A stretch of 64,000 nt of DNA from the NCBI RefSeq assembly GCF_048403405.1, contig NZ_CP183129.1. One strand, given 5' to 3'. The notes under the pieces are model-generated. The model did no database searches. It worked only from the letters and a program-made list of their open reading frames with translations, and was not told the origin of the DNA. Made by a program: the position numbers and the translations under genes. Source of the DNA: Escherichia coli. Its GTDB lineage: Bacteria; Pseudomonadota; Gammaproteobacteria; Enterobacterales; Enterobacteriaceae. Below are positions 8,055 through 16,024 of the stretch, piece after piece (within the stretch, counting starts at the first letter, position 1; each line of letters begins with the position of its first letter).

Positions 8055-8945
8055 CTAAATACGCACTTTAAGATAAGTCAGCCCCGGATGAAGCCAGTAA
8101 GCCGGCACTTTTTTAAAGGGTGGAGTATTAAAATCACGAAGAAGAGCCTCCCGCACAATTGCATCCTTATCAGCACCACTGGCCAGCGCTTCAATCTCAG
8201 CGGCTACCTGAAGATATCCCATGCAACGGCCAACGCGCTTCATCAGCCCCTGCTTTTTATTGTTCTTCAGGTAATCAATGGCAAATTCAATGAGCTCCTC
8301 ACTGTGCTGGTGCGATGGAGGTGTTACTTTCCCATTTTCTGAGATGGTTATTTTCCCAGCATCACCGGATACAACAAAGGATGGCCGGTTACACTCCCAT
8401 TCCGGGTCACTGAAATTATCATTATGAATACTGAAACACTCTGCGAGATTTCTGCTCATCACTTTCCGACAATAATCGTCAAACGCAGCAAACTGCTTTT
8501 CATCGCCAGAAGGCACCAATATCGACCATTTCTTATTCAGCTCAACGACGTAGCTCTCCAGTTTTTCAATACGTGATTCAACATCATCTTTTTCTGACCG
8601 CAGTGTTGACGGCGGCATCTTCAGAGAACAAGTAATTCTTCCCGGTAGCTTTCCTTTGTAGGTTATCAACATATCCTGCGCCTCTAAAATTACGGGGCGC
8701 TTTTCCGGCAACGGTTCGTTCCATTCACATAACCCGGCAGCAACATCCATGAAAAACTGCTTCGCCTGCTTTTTCGCCTCAGCTTCGTAAAACTCCAGCG
8801 TGGCACCTTCAGTACGGTCAAGACTAATCGCCACATCTGGCAACAACAGCGACGCTTGCCCGTCACCTTCCGACTTCACAGTAACAGTAACCTTATCCCC
8901 GTAATTATTTATCCCCTTAACAACCAGTTCATATTTTTTATTCAT
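8055..8945 (-). CDS. Hypothetical 296-aa protein between holin and endolysin
   Basis: Long ORF. Its ATG at 8945 lies 4 nt after the holin TAA, with GGAGAG inside the holin 3' end. No TM segment or motif that I recognise; a coiled-coil-like stretch DDVESRIEKLESYVVELNKKW. Confidence 0.7.
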   Translation of the reverse strand: MNKKYELVVKGINNYGDKVTVTVKSEGDGQASLLLPDVAISLDRTEGATLEFYEAEAKKQAKQFFMDVAAGLCEWNEPLPEKRPVILEAQDMLITYKGKLPGRITCSLKMPPSTLRSEKDDVESRIEKLESYVVELNKKWSILVPSGDEKQFAAFDDYCRKVMSRNLAECFSIHNDNFSDPEWECNRPSFVVSGDAGKITISENGKVTPPSHQHSEELIEFAIDYLKNNKKQGLMKRVGRCMGYLQVAAEIEALASGADKDAIVREALLRDFNTPPFKKVPAYWLHPGLTYLKVRI

Positions 8946-8949
8946 CACT

Positions 8950-9165
8950 TTACTCTCCCCGCGCCGCCTTACGCCGGTCCTCTTTGATTTTGAAATACAG
9001 GTTAGTCAGATATGTCAGCAGCCCAAACAGCAGACTCCCCAGCACGCCTATTGCCGCCCACTGAGACGGGGAAACCCTGTCCAGCAACTGCAGGAACCAG
9101 TAGCCCGTTCCCACCGCTGACGTGGTGTATGACACACCTGTTGTGATTTTTTCCATCTGGTACAT
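8950..9165 (-). CDS. Class II pinholin (phage 21 S21 / Stx-phage S type), 71 aa
   Basis: [71 protein letters not shown] closely parallels S21. Possible dual start (Met1/Met4). SD GGGAG. Confidence 0.85.
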   Translation of the reverse strand: MYQMEKITTGVSYTTSAVGTGYWFLQLLDRVSPSQWAAIGVLGSLLFGLLTYLTNLYFKIKEDRRKAARGE

Positions 9166-9314
9166 ACCCCGTCTCCCGTTATCCGGAAGCTGACAACAAT
9201 AAAAAAGCCACCAGTTAAGTACTGATGGCTCTGATAACTCATGCAGGCGTCTCAGACGCCCCACTGACACTACCGGTGAGTTTAACGATACCTTCCATTT
9301 GACTGGCTCACTTT

Positions 9315-9476
9315 TTATGATGATGCCGGTGCATTTATCTCCAGCACCAGACTTTCTATCTCAACGCCATACGTTGCATTTTTGGTAATATCCGTCAGCG
9401 TCAGTGCATTTAGTCCCACTGCCAGACCGTCTTTTATGGCCTGGAATGCCGGGCCAGTACGATGACGTAGTATCAC
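9315..9476 (-). CDS. Possible 53-aa ORF coupled to the DUF1737 gene (GTGA overlap)
   Basis: The GTG at 9476 overlaps the upstream TGA. Below the length cutoff of the ORF track. No recognisable similarity. Confidence 0.3.
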   Translation of the reverse strand: MILRHRTGPAFQAIKDGLAVGLNALTLTDITKNATYGVEIESLVLEINAPASS

Positions 9477-9661
9477 TCCGGCTCAGTTGCACCACTGACC
9501 ACCACATCACCTTCTGCTGCAATCGCCTGCATCAGGGTATAAGGGGTTATGGCCACCGGACTACCAAACGGCTGCCAGCCCTCTTTCAGTTTATGTGTCA
9601 GCTTTTCCGCAAGATCTGACGGCGACGCCGCCCTGACAACATCATAGTGTTTAAATGCCAT
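9473..9661 (-). CDS. DUF1737-like small protein
   Basis: MAFKHYDVVRAASPSDLAEKLTHKLKEGWQPFGSPV... matches my recollection of the DUF1737 proteins found upstream of holins in Stx-type lambdoid phages. Confidence 0.65.
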   Translation of the reverse strand: MAFKHYDVVRAASPSDLAEKLTHKLKEGWQPFGSPVAITPYTLMQAIAAEGDVVVSGATEPE

Positions 9662-9854
9662 GGTTCTTTCCACCATCTGAAAAATGATTCTTTAAAATAC
9701 CTGACATGTAATACAGAAAAAACACAAAACCATACCTTAAATAAAAACCTCATCATCAAGCAGATATGCATGGATAAACTACAAGACGAGATATAAACCA
9801 CCCTGCATTTAAATAAACAATAAACAACATCAGAAAAATAATTCTGCTCTATGG

Positions 9855-9883
9855 TTTACAATCAAAAATATCATTTATACTTT
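9855..9883 (+). promoter_or_regulatory. Candidate sigma70 promoter for the AT-rich plus-strand ORF (TTTACA-17-TACTTT)
   Basis: Hexamers with 17-bp spacing lie ~40 nt upstream of the ATG at 9922. Confidence 0.35.
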
Positions 9884-9921
9884 TCAGAACATCACCAGCA
9901 AGGCATAAACAAGGAAACTAA

Positions 9922-10257
9922 ATGAAGTGGATTGTGATTGATACAGTTATCCAGCCATCATGCGGAATATCTTTTTCAGTCATATGGAGTAAAATAAAAT
10001 TAATAATCTGGTATCAATCGGATGCTTTCTTACCTCCTGAAAGTATATTTACACTGACTCACACAGGTATCATGCTCAATAACAAAGTGCTACCTGTAAC
10101 CATTTACAACGTAGTACCATTCAATAAAACATTCTGGAATTTAATCAAAAACAGCCAGGAATGCCCTACAAATACAGATAACGTATTGAATGAATGCTTT
10201 AATAACCGTTGCACTCTGCAAATATGTCCTTATGGGCTAAAACAACAAAGTCCATAA
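9922..10257 (+). CDS. Hypothetical 111-aa protein, AT-rich moron antisense to the late operon
   Basis: ORF with SD AAGGAA in a visibly AT-rich block (9680-10260). No recognisable domain. Confidence 0.5.
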   Translation: MKWIVIDTVIQPSCGISFSVIWSKIKLIIWYQSDAFLPPESIFTLTHTGIMLNNKVLPVTIYNVVPFNKTFWNLIKNSQECPTNTDNVLNECFNNRCTLQICPYGLKQQSP

Positions 10258-10277
10258 GGAGTTTACTCACATCTGAC

Positions 10278-10313
10278 AAAATCAATATAAACAGCCCCTC
10301 CGGAGAGGGGCTG
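10278..10313 (-). terminator. Intrinsic terminator (CAGCCCCTC-4nt-GAGGGGCTG plus U-rich tail on the minus strand)
   Basis: Perfect 9-bp GC-rich stem followed on the minus strand by TTTATATTGATTTT. Confidence 0.6.
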
Positions 10314-10615
10314 GAGAGTGGCGCTATGTGCCATTGCATGGTGCCGGGTGCCTCCCGGTGAATTCAGTACCAGCACCTGAATCCGCGATTATCCCATATA
10401 CCTACTCGCTGATTGCCCCTCCGCACAGGGGGATTCACCATGCCAGTTTCTTTTAACAAACTCCCCGCAAACCAGACAACAGTCAACCGCCTGAATTGTG
10501 AAGTATTTAAAAATTTCTCCCGCTAACTGATACCCGGCTAACAGTCTGGCGTTTTCTTTTTCAGCAACGGGAAAGCAACAACCACCACACCCACCAGCCG
10601 CCCATTTACCACAAA

Positions 10616-10640
10616 TAAAAAAGCCTTCAGGACTGAAGGT
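10616..10640 (-). terminator. Intrinsic terminator (CCTTCA-GGAC-TGAAGG + CTTTTTT on the minus strand)
   Basis: Hairpin overlapping the stop of the 10627.. ORF, followed by a T-run. Confidence 0.5.
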
Positions 10641-10824
10641 GTCTGTAACAACCAAACTGATAGTCTGCCAGACCCGCCATAACAAGCTGGGTCAGTATTA
10701 ACTGGCAGCGTTCGCGTGAAAGGTAAGTATTCTGTGCAATCTCCCTGACTGTCGCCGGGTCGGTAACGCTTAATTCATTAAACACCACTCTGGCGGCTTC
10801 TGTCATATCCTGCTGTTTTAGCAT
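10627..10824 (-). CDS. Hypothetical 65-aa protein, possible winged-helix (alternative start 10947)
   Basis: The track ORF 10627..10959 begins inside a terminator T-run with no SD. The internal Met at 10824 (MLKQQDMTEAARVV...VREIAQNTYLSRERCQLILTQLVMAGLADY) is more plausible. Confidence 0.4.
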   Translation of the reverse strand: MLKQQDMTEAARVVFNELSVTDPATVREIAQNTYLSRERCQLILTQLVMAGLADYQFGCYRHLQS

Positions 10825-10947
10825 GTCTTTTTCCCTTTTCCGGTTAACGTGACATACCAATAACTCTTGTCGAAAAAGCCGGCAAGCTGAAAGACCCGTA
10901 TTCGCAACCACCAGCGCGTTTACTGTACTGACGCGATTTTCGGACAT

Positions 10948-10976
10948 AAAAAAAACCACCTGGCGGTGGTTTTTTC
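10948..10976 (-). terminator. Intrinsic terminator ~60 nt downstream of the Q stop (A8-ACCACC-TGGC-GGTGGT-T6; symmetric)
   Basis: 6-bp stem flanked by an A8 tract and a T-run. On the minus strand it reads ACCACCgccaGGTGGTTTTTTTT. Confidence 0.7.
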
Positions 10977-11015
10977 TTACTTTGCCATCACGTACAAAAT
11001 CGGCAAAATATCAGA

Positions 11016-11044
11016 TTTATACGAAACATACGCGATTTAATTGA
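11016..11044 (-). promoter_or_regulatory. Candidate late promoter (pR'-like): TCAATT-17-TATAAA on the minus strand
   Basis: Position immediately after Q, upstream of a short terminated transcript. The hexamers are weak and there is no experimental support. Confidence 0.3.
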
Positions 11045-11726
11045 CTTTTGCAATATCTCGTCGTGAAAAGGTCGCTTTTTGTTGCGCTCTTATTTTCACG
11101 GAGCAAATCAAGGATTCTCTATCGAGGCGCTTAAAAATATCGCACATCTCACGCCAGTAGTTCGCATAATTATGGCTCCAGTTATCAGGCTTAACTCCAC
11201 ACAGTCTGGCAAGCTCCTGTCTCTGGTAGACCTCACACCCGGTAACCCATCCTCTGACATCCTGTGCCGCCAGCCAGATCAACTTCTTCACACGCTCCAG
11301 CGTTTTCACTGCAATTTTTCTGGAGCCGGACTGAGTTTTAAATTCACTCCACCCCCACTGCGTTATCGCGATCTGATGCTCCCAGCAAATGTTTCCGCCA
11401 TAACACCACAACAACCACGCCTTCTGATGTTCTTCCAGTTCCAGAACAGCACGCCGCCACGATGATGTTGCAAACTCAACAGGACTGACCAGCGCAATTG
11501 ATGAGCCTTTCGCCAGTGATTGTTTACCCTGGATCGGGGGATTATCCCGCGTGATCATTTTTCCGGTTACCTCATCGCGGTAACGAATTTTTTTGCGTCT
11601 GTAACGCCCTGTATCGAACAGGGCATTTTCCTGCCAGGCTTCCAGCTGGCATTTTGTCGACCCACTGAGATCTGCAGTGGCAATCATGAGTTGCTCACGA
11701 ACAAACTGTAAATACTGGTTATTCAT
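11037..11726 (-). CDS. Late-gene antiterminator Q-like protein (229 aa)
   Basis: Positional call: directly after RusA (ATGAATAA overlap) and directly before a promoter/terminator arrangement. I do not securely recognise the sequence family. Confidence 0.55.
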   Translation of the reverse strand: MNNQYLQFVREQLMIATADLSGSTKCQLEAWQENALFDTGRYRRKKIRYRDEVTGKMITRDNPPIQGKQSLAKGSSIALVSPVEFATSSWRRAVLELEEHQKAWLLWCYGGNICWEHQIAITQWGWSEFKTQSGSRKIAVKTLERVKKLIWLAAQDVRGWVTGCEVYQRQELARLCGVKPDNWSHNYANYWREMCDIFKRLDRESLICSVKIRAQQKATFSRRDIAKVN

Positions 11727-12087
11727 GCACACCCACCTCTGTAATTCTTATCTCCAGCCGTCCACCAGATACTGGCTGGCCACGTACAATATTGATTTCA
11801 TCAAACTGCTCATCGTCCATTAACAACCCCGCGTGCGTCAGCGCATCCAGTGGTGCTTTCAGAATATTGTCCAGGTCACGACGACGCTTATCCGGTGGCT
11901 CTGCAATAATTTTTATTGCCAGCCGTCCGGACAGGCTTAATTTCAGTCGCTGCTGGCGAACAATAAGCGCCACTGCCCGGCGATAACGCTCCCCGGCTTT
12001 TGATACAAAATATGTGCTGCCACGGCGTCGCCAGTAAGTGTTCACCGTCGGCGAGTAAGGCAAAACAAATTCTATGCGTTCGGTCAT
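11719..12087 (-). CDS. rusA: RusA-family Holliday junction resolvase
   Basis: PPDKRRRDLDNILKAPLDALTHAGLLMDDEQ...GGRLEIRITE parallels K-12 RusA [31 protein letters not shown]...GGRLELTITE. Confidence 0.9.
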   Translation of the reverse strand: MTERIEFVLPYSPTVNTYWRRRGSTYFVSKAGERYRRAVALIVRQQRLKLSLSGRLAIKIIAEPPDKRRRDLDNILKAPLDALTHAGLLMDDEQFDEINIVRGQPVSGGRLEIRITEVGVHE

Positions 12088-13146
12088 TTATGCTTTCCAC
12101 TTCAGAACACCCGAATTTCTCGCGTGCATTAAAAAACGAATCAGCAACAACAACTGACTACCGTGTTTTTCTTCAAAATCTTTTACCCCGGCGTGTAGTT
12201 CGTTATGGCATTTACGACACAGCGGAATAACAAACAAATCGTCAGCCTTTGTTCCCATCCCTCCCAGTCCATGACCAATGATGTGATGCGGATCATCTGC
12301 CTGATTGCCACACGTCATGCATTTCTGCGTTTTTACCCAGCGCGTGTATACAGGCATCTCTTCCCGTTGTGGTTTCTGGCGCTGGAGATACTGAGCCGGA
12401 GATTCCGGATCAACGGCAATGCTGACCACCGTCTTTTCCTGTGGTGGGTTCTGTTGCTGGTGGGCGTGAGGCAGCGGCGCAAGATTTTTTGTGCGCTGTT
12501 TCAGTATGCTGGTGGCGGTCTGCTCTCCCGGTACGATGTCGCTTTCACGGTACATTGAGCGGATTTTTTCCGCACGCAACCCCAGCGAACGACGTAATAC
12601 CGCTTCCGGTAGCGCGTCCGCCACCTGATTGCGGACCGCCCACCAGGATAATTCAGCCAGCGATAATTCCCGTTCCTGCGAGCCATTCATTGCATGGCGT
12701 ATGACGTCAATCATCCATGCAGACAGGTTTTGGTGAGCAAGTTGCCCGAGTGATTCGGAGGTCTGGTCGCGCAGCTGGTTGTCGCAGTGCCAGCACAACA
12801 CCATTGCGCCGGTACCATAACGGTGAATGACGGTTTCACTGTGGTGATAATCGCCGTGTGGCCACTGGCAGGATTTAACATGGCGCAGTAACCAGTCAGA
12901 CAATGCGCCAGCGCCACCAGCAGCACGAATCACTCGTTCGTCGCTGAAAAATGGCAGTAATGATTTATCCTCCGCCAGCGGCTGGCGAACGGCAGGAACG
13001 ACCCCGGACGACAGATTACGCATGCTTTTCGGTTCCGGCTCCACCAGTACCCGGGTATTGTGGAATACCGGCATGGATTCACGGCCCGGTTTTAGCACCA
13101 CCAGCCCAAGTTCCGGTACCAGAACAGGTCGAAGTAATACCCGCAC
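12088..13146 (-). CDS. DUF968 (YdfU-like) protein
   Basis: 352 aa with a C-terminal Cys/His cluster (CMTCGNQADDPHHIIGHG...CRKCHNELH). Same position relative to Q as Qin ydfU. Confidence 0.75.
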   Translation of the reverse strand: MRVLLRPVLVPELGLVVLKPGRESMPVFHNTRVLVEPEPKSMRNLSSGVVPAVRQPLAEDKSLLPFFSDERVIRAAGGAGALSDWLLRHVKSCQWPHGDYHHSETVIHRYGTGAMVLCWHCDNQLRDQTSESLGQLAHQNLSAWMIDVIRHAMNGSQERELSLAELSWWAVRNQVADALPEAVLRRSLGLRAEKIRSMYRESDIVPGEQTATSILKQRTKNLAPLPHAHQQQNPPQEKTVVSIAVDPESPAQYLQRQKPQREEMPVYTRWVKTQKCMTCGNQADDPHHIIGHGLGGMGTKADDLFVIPLCRKCHNELHAGVKDFEEKHGSQLLLLIRFLMHARNSGVLKWKA

Positions 13147-13147
13147 G

Positions 13148-13426
13148 TTACCTCCAGATGCGTTGCTGGAATGTGCGGGACGGACGCGGTGGCCGTTCGG
13201 AGTAAGGGAGCCTGACGGAGATTATCCAGTGACGATAATCGAGGCTGAGGGCTTTCTTAATCTCGTATCCGTGTCTGCGGTAGCACTGAATTAGCCACTC
13301 GGCCTGTTCTTCAGTGCATGGGGGATGCTGGTACCAGTCTGACTTAAATGCATGAGAATACCGCTCGTGCGTGTGGGCAAGAACGGTCGAATTATCATGA
13401 TTGTAATATTTTGCGTTGCGTGCCAT
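13148..13426 (-). CDS. Hypothetical 92-aa protein (occupies the position of Qin rem)
   Basis: ORF in an operon context. The similarity to rem is positional only. Confidence 0.55.
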   Translation of the reverse strand: MARNAKYYNHDNSTVLAHTHERYSHAFKSDWYQHPPCTEEQAEWLIQCYRRHGYEIKKALSLDYRHWIISVRLPYSERPPRPSRTFQQRIWR

Positions 13427-13492
13427 CGGTTTTCTCCGGTGGCACGGTGTTACTCAGCGGGAGTTCAGCCCCGCGCAAGATTGTAGATGAGT

Positions 13493-13744
13493 TTATTCTT
13501 CTGAAAAAGCAGAAAAGCCAGCTTTTATTCCGATCTCTTTCAATGCCTGTAATGAAGTGACAAACTCACCGTCGTGCAAGATAAATCCGTCCGTCACTCG
13601 GGCATCCACAAAATTAATTAACGCAGCCCCATTTTTTTGCAAACACACAATGCGGTAATGGCTAACAATATTTCCATTTTCAACGCACACAGCATAGAGG
13701 CCATCTTCACAAAAAATTTTACGCAGTTCTTCGATGTTCATCAT
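13493..13744 (-). CDS. Hypothetical 83-aa protein
   Basis: ORF in an operon context; no domain recognised. Confidence 0.55.
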   Translation of the reverse strand: MMNIEELRKIFCEDGLYAVCVENGNIVSHYRIVCLQKNGAALINFVDARVTDGFILHDGEFVTSLQALKEIGIKAGFSAFSEE

Positions 13745-13860
13745 CAGAATCCTTCCGGATAATTAGCTCTCCCCTTTAAGGGACCATCCCTCTTATCCCT
13801 GCGCGCTACTTAAGTATTTTTGATTCTATTCCGGCACCGTCCAGAACTTCAAATGCGTTG

Positions 13861-13892
13861 AAAATAAAAACAAAAACCCGCCGAAGCGGGTT
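13861..13892 (-). terminator. hok mRNA 3' terminator (AACCCGC-TTCG-GCGGGTT + T-run on the minus strand)
   Basis: 7-bp stem followed by TTTTGTTTTTATTTT on the minus strand. Confidence 0.7.
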
Positions 13893-13960
13893 AAGTGCGG
13901 GTGCGTTGAGGATGCCTGCCACATCAGAGGTGGCGAGGGATTTCTCCCTCGCCTGGTCTC

Positions 13961-14116
13961 TTACTCCTCAGGTTCGTAAGCTGTGAAGACAGCGACCTCC
14001 GTCTGGCCGGTTCGGATTCGTACCTCGCAGAGGTCTTTCCTCGTTACCAGTGCCGTCACTATGACGGTTAAACAGATGACGATCAGGGCGATTAACATCG
14101 CCTTTTGCTGCTTCAT
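13961..14116 (-). CDS. hok: Hok-family type I toxin (51 aa)
   Basis: Below the track cutoff; my translation is MKQQKAMLIALIVICLTVIVTALVTRKDLCEVRIRTGQTEVAVFTAYEPEE, close to HokC/Gef. The leader matches the R1 hok layout (GCTTGAGGCT..., GATTAGCCTCTTAC...AAGGAGAAG). Confidence 0.9.
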   Translation of the reverse strand: MKQQKAMLIALIVICLTVIVTALVTRKDLCEVRIRTGQTEVAVFTAYEPEE

Positions 14117-14165
14117 AGCCTGCTTCTCCTTGACCTTTCGGTCCGTAAGAGGCTAATCTCTATGT

Positions 14166-14240
14166 GTCGCATAGATATGGCCTCAGATTAATGTTAAGCG
14201 TCTTGCAGGACGCGTAATGTTAACTGGGGCTTTTCTCTAT
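14166..14240 (+). ncRNA. sok: Sok-like antisense RNA (approximate ends)
   Basis: Plus-strand promoter TTGACC(14130-14135)-18-TAATCT(14154-14159), antisense to the hok leader. A GCGTC/GACGC hairpin and a U-rich tract follow. Confidence 0.5.
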
Positions 14241-14374
14241 CTGCCTTTTGGTGTTCATGCCTGAGACAGATAGCCTCAAGCACCCGCAGTTATTCTACTT
14301 AACTAAGATTTCCCCGCAAACCGTTTTTGTCCGGCACAGTAAATATCCAACTAAACCAATGGCGTTCGCTGTAT

Positions 14375-14554
14375 TTACCGCCAGTATTCAATGCACATGA
14401 CCGCCATGAACACCCCTAAAAAAAGGGCATTTATATGTCCAAACATTAATATCAAAACATCAATTTTTTCCATATACCTTGCTGTGAAGATGATGGGCAT
14501 ACATGATGCGAACAACCAGAACGCAACAAACAAAAACTGCAATGCGTTTTTCAT
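14375..14554 (-). CDS. Hypothetical 59-aa two-TM membrane peptide
   Basis: Internal Met at 14554 preceded by GGGGG. Sequence MKNALQFLFVAFWLFASCMPIIF...LFLGVFMAVMCIEYWR. AT-rich. Confidence 0.5.
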   Translation of the reverse strand: MKNALQFLFVAFWLFASCMPIIFTARYMEKIDVLILMFGHINALFLGVFMAVMCIEYWR

Positions 14555-14674
14555 TATTCCCCCTACAATCAATGTGCAATAACATTTAAACACACCTCAA
14601 TTTGGCCGGACATATAAATATCTAAACCAGAAAAAATCACTTACATAGCGTTACAAACTCTTTAGTCTAAATAT

Positions 14675-15661
14675 TCATCGTAAAACATCCTCCACGCTTA
14701 TCAGTCCATTTCGTTTCAGGTAATCCATCGCCTTCTCCGGTAATTTGCAGTCCGGCTGAGCTTTTTTCAGTTGACTGACCAGTCGTTTAACCCACATTGT
14801 TAATTCGCTAACCTGGTTACCTAGCGCTGGCGACGCTACTGTCTGTTCCAGAACGTCATCAGGTACTACCGGCTCTACTGCCAACTGACTGGCATATTTG
14901 TTAATGGTAACGATAAGCTCTTGCTCGGCCTCATCCAGACAATCACCGATACCTCGCCTGTCACCGTCAAAATCATCGAAATCGGCGCGAATCCTGGCAA
15001 CCTCCCGGATTGCGGACAACACCTCACCAGGAATTACCGGAGAGTTGCCCGATAGTGCATTCTGCTCCAGTGATGCCTTTACAAACCACGCGGCCTGAAC
15101 TATTACGCCATGAATCCAGCGCAAATCAGCATCGCGATCTTTCTTTTTCATCTTTTCGCCACTTAAAGCCTGGCTTATGTGGCTACGTACAAGGTCTTCA
15201 TGTAACACCTTCGCATCCTCAATGGTGAAACCACCAGGCAGGCGAGCCGGGGTTACATGAGGGTTGCCTTCCCCCTGACTCTGAAGCATGGCGGCGCGGT
15301 AGGCATTCCAGCCTCTCACCTCTGCAATAGCGGCAACATCATCGACCGCGTACATTTTAAGAGGGTTAGGCATTGGTTTTTCTTCAGATACTACTGGCAC
15401 TGGAGGGGCGGCATAAACAGGAATAACGTCCGCTTGCTCTTTATTGCTTTCATCCGTTAAAGCCCAGAATAATTTCCCGGCCGGATGTTTGAAAATATAA
15501 GCAACTGGTTCTGCGCTATCAGCTTCGCGCCGCTTCTGTAGCTCTGCTGCCATTGCGCTCACGACTTCAACTGGTGCCCTTGCAGCAAACTCTATGTTGG
15601 TGATAAGCTCATTAAGATATTGCTCGCTGGGATACTGTTTCTTATTGGTAATAGTGGTCAT
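14675..15661 (-). CDS. Hypothetical 328-aa early protein, possibly ead/Ea22-like
   Basis: Shares the AAPPVPVVSE module with the 16025..16432 product. Acidic and helical. Confidence 0.5.
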   Translation of the reverse strand: MTTITNKKQYPSEQYLNELITNIEFAARAPVEVVSAMAAELQKRREADSAEPVAYIFKHPAGKLFWALTDESNKEQADVIPVYAAPPVPVVSEEKPMPNPLKMYAVDDVAAIAEVRGWNAYRAAMLQSQGEGNPHVTPARLPGGFTIEDAKVLHEDLVRSHISQALSGEKMKKKDRDADLRWIHGVIVQAAWFVKASLEQNALSGNSPVIPGEVLSAIREVARIRADFDDFDGDRRGIGDCLDEAEQELIVTINKYASQLAVEPVVPDDVLEQTVASPALGNQVSELTMWVKRLVSQLKKAQPDCKLPEKAMDYLKRNGLISVEDVLR

Positions 15662-16023
15662 GCTGTAGCCCCTTCTTGATATTTTTCAAACCAGAACACA
15701 ACCGGGTCAGATTTCATTTCAACCAATCCCATACGAACCAGCGCTTTGCCTTTCCCGGACGCAAGGAATTCACGACGACCATCACTGATAATTCGCCGAT
15801 AGTCTTCCAGGCTACTGCAATGCTTGTGCAGATTGCATGGGTGGCATGCCGGAACCATGTTGGATATATCGTCACGTTCCTGGTGAAGCATATTTCCATT
15901 AAAACGAATGACCGGTTTTACATGGTCTGCATGCCACTTTTCGCCAAGTTCACAGCCGCAATAAGCACAGCGACCGCCAAACTTCATGCGCAATTCTGCA
16001 CGTTGTTTTTTCGTCAGTGCCAT
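15658..16023 (-). CDS. HNH endonuclease
   Basis: CAYCGCEL...HADHVKP...N...ACHPCNLHK is an HNH / zinc-finger signature. Confidence 0.8.
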   Translation of the reverse strand: MALTKKQRAELRMKFGGRCAYCGCELGEKWHADHVKPVIRFNGNMLHQERDDISNMVPACHPCNLHKHCSSLEDYRRIISDGRREFLASGKGKALVRMGLVEMKSDPVVFWFEKYQEGATA

Positions 16024-16024
16024 A

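Noticed and set aside
10260-10620. Possible tRNA genes downstream of Q, as in Stx phages
   Set aside because: I tried to fold candidate acceptor and T-arm segments, for example around GGTGAATCCCCC and the ...GGCACCA end, and could not build a cloverleaf. tRNAscan-SE is needed to be sure.
10389-10685. 98-aa minus-strand ORF in the Q-S interval
   Set aside because: It spans a terminator hairpin, has a Cys/Gly/Trp-rich odd composition, and has no SD. It is more likely non-coding leader sequence.
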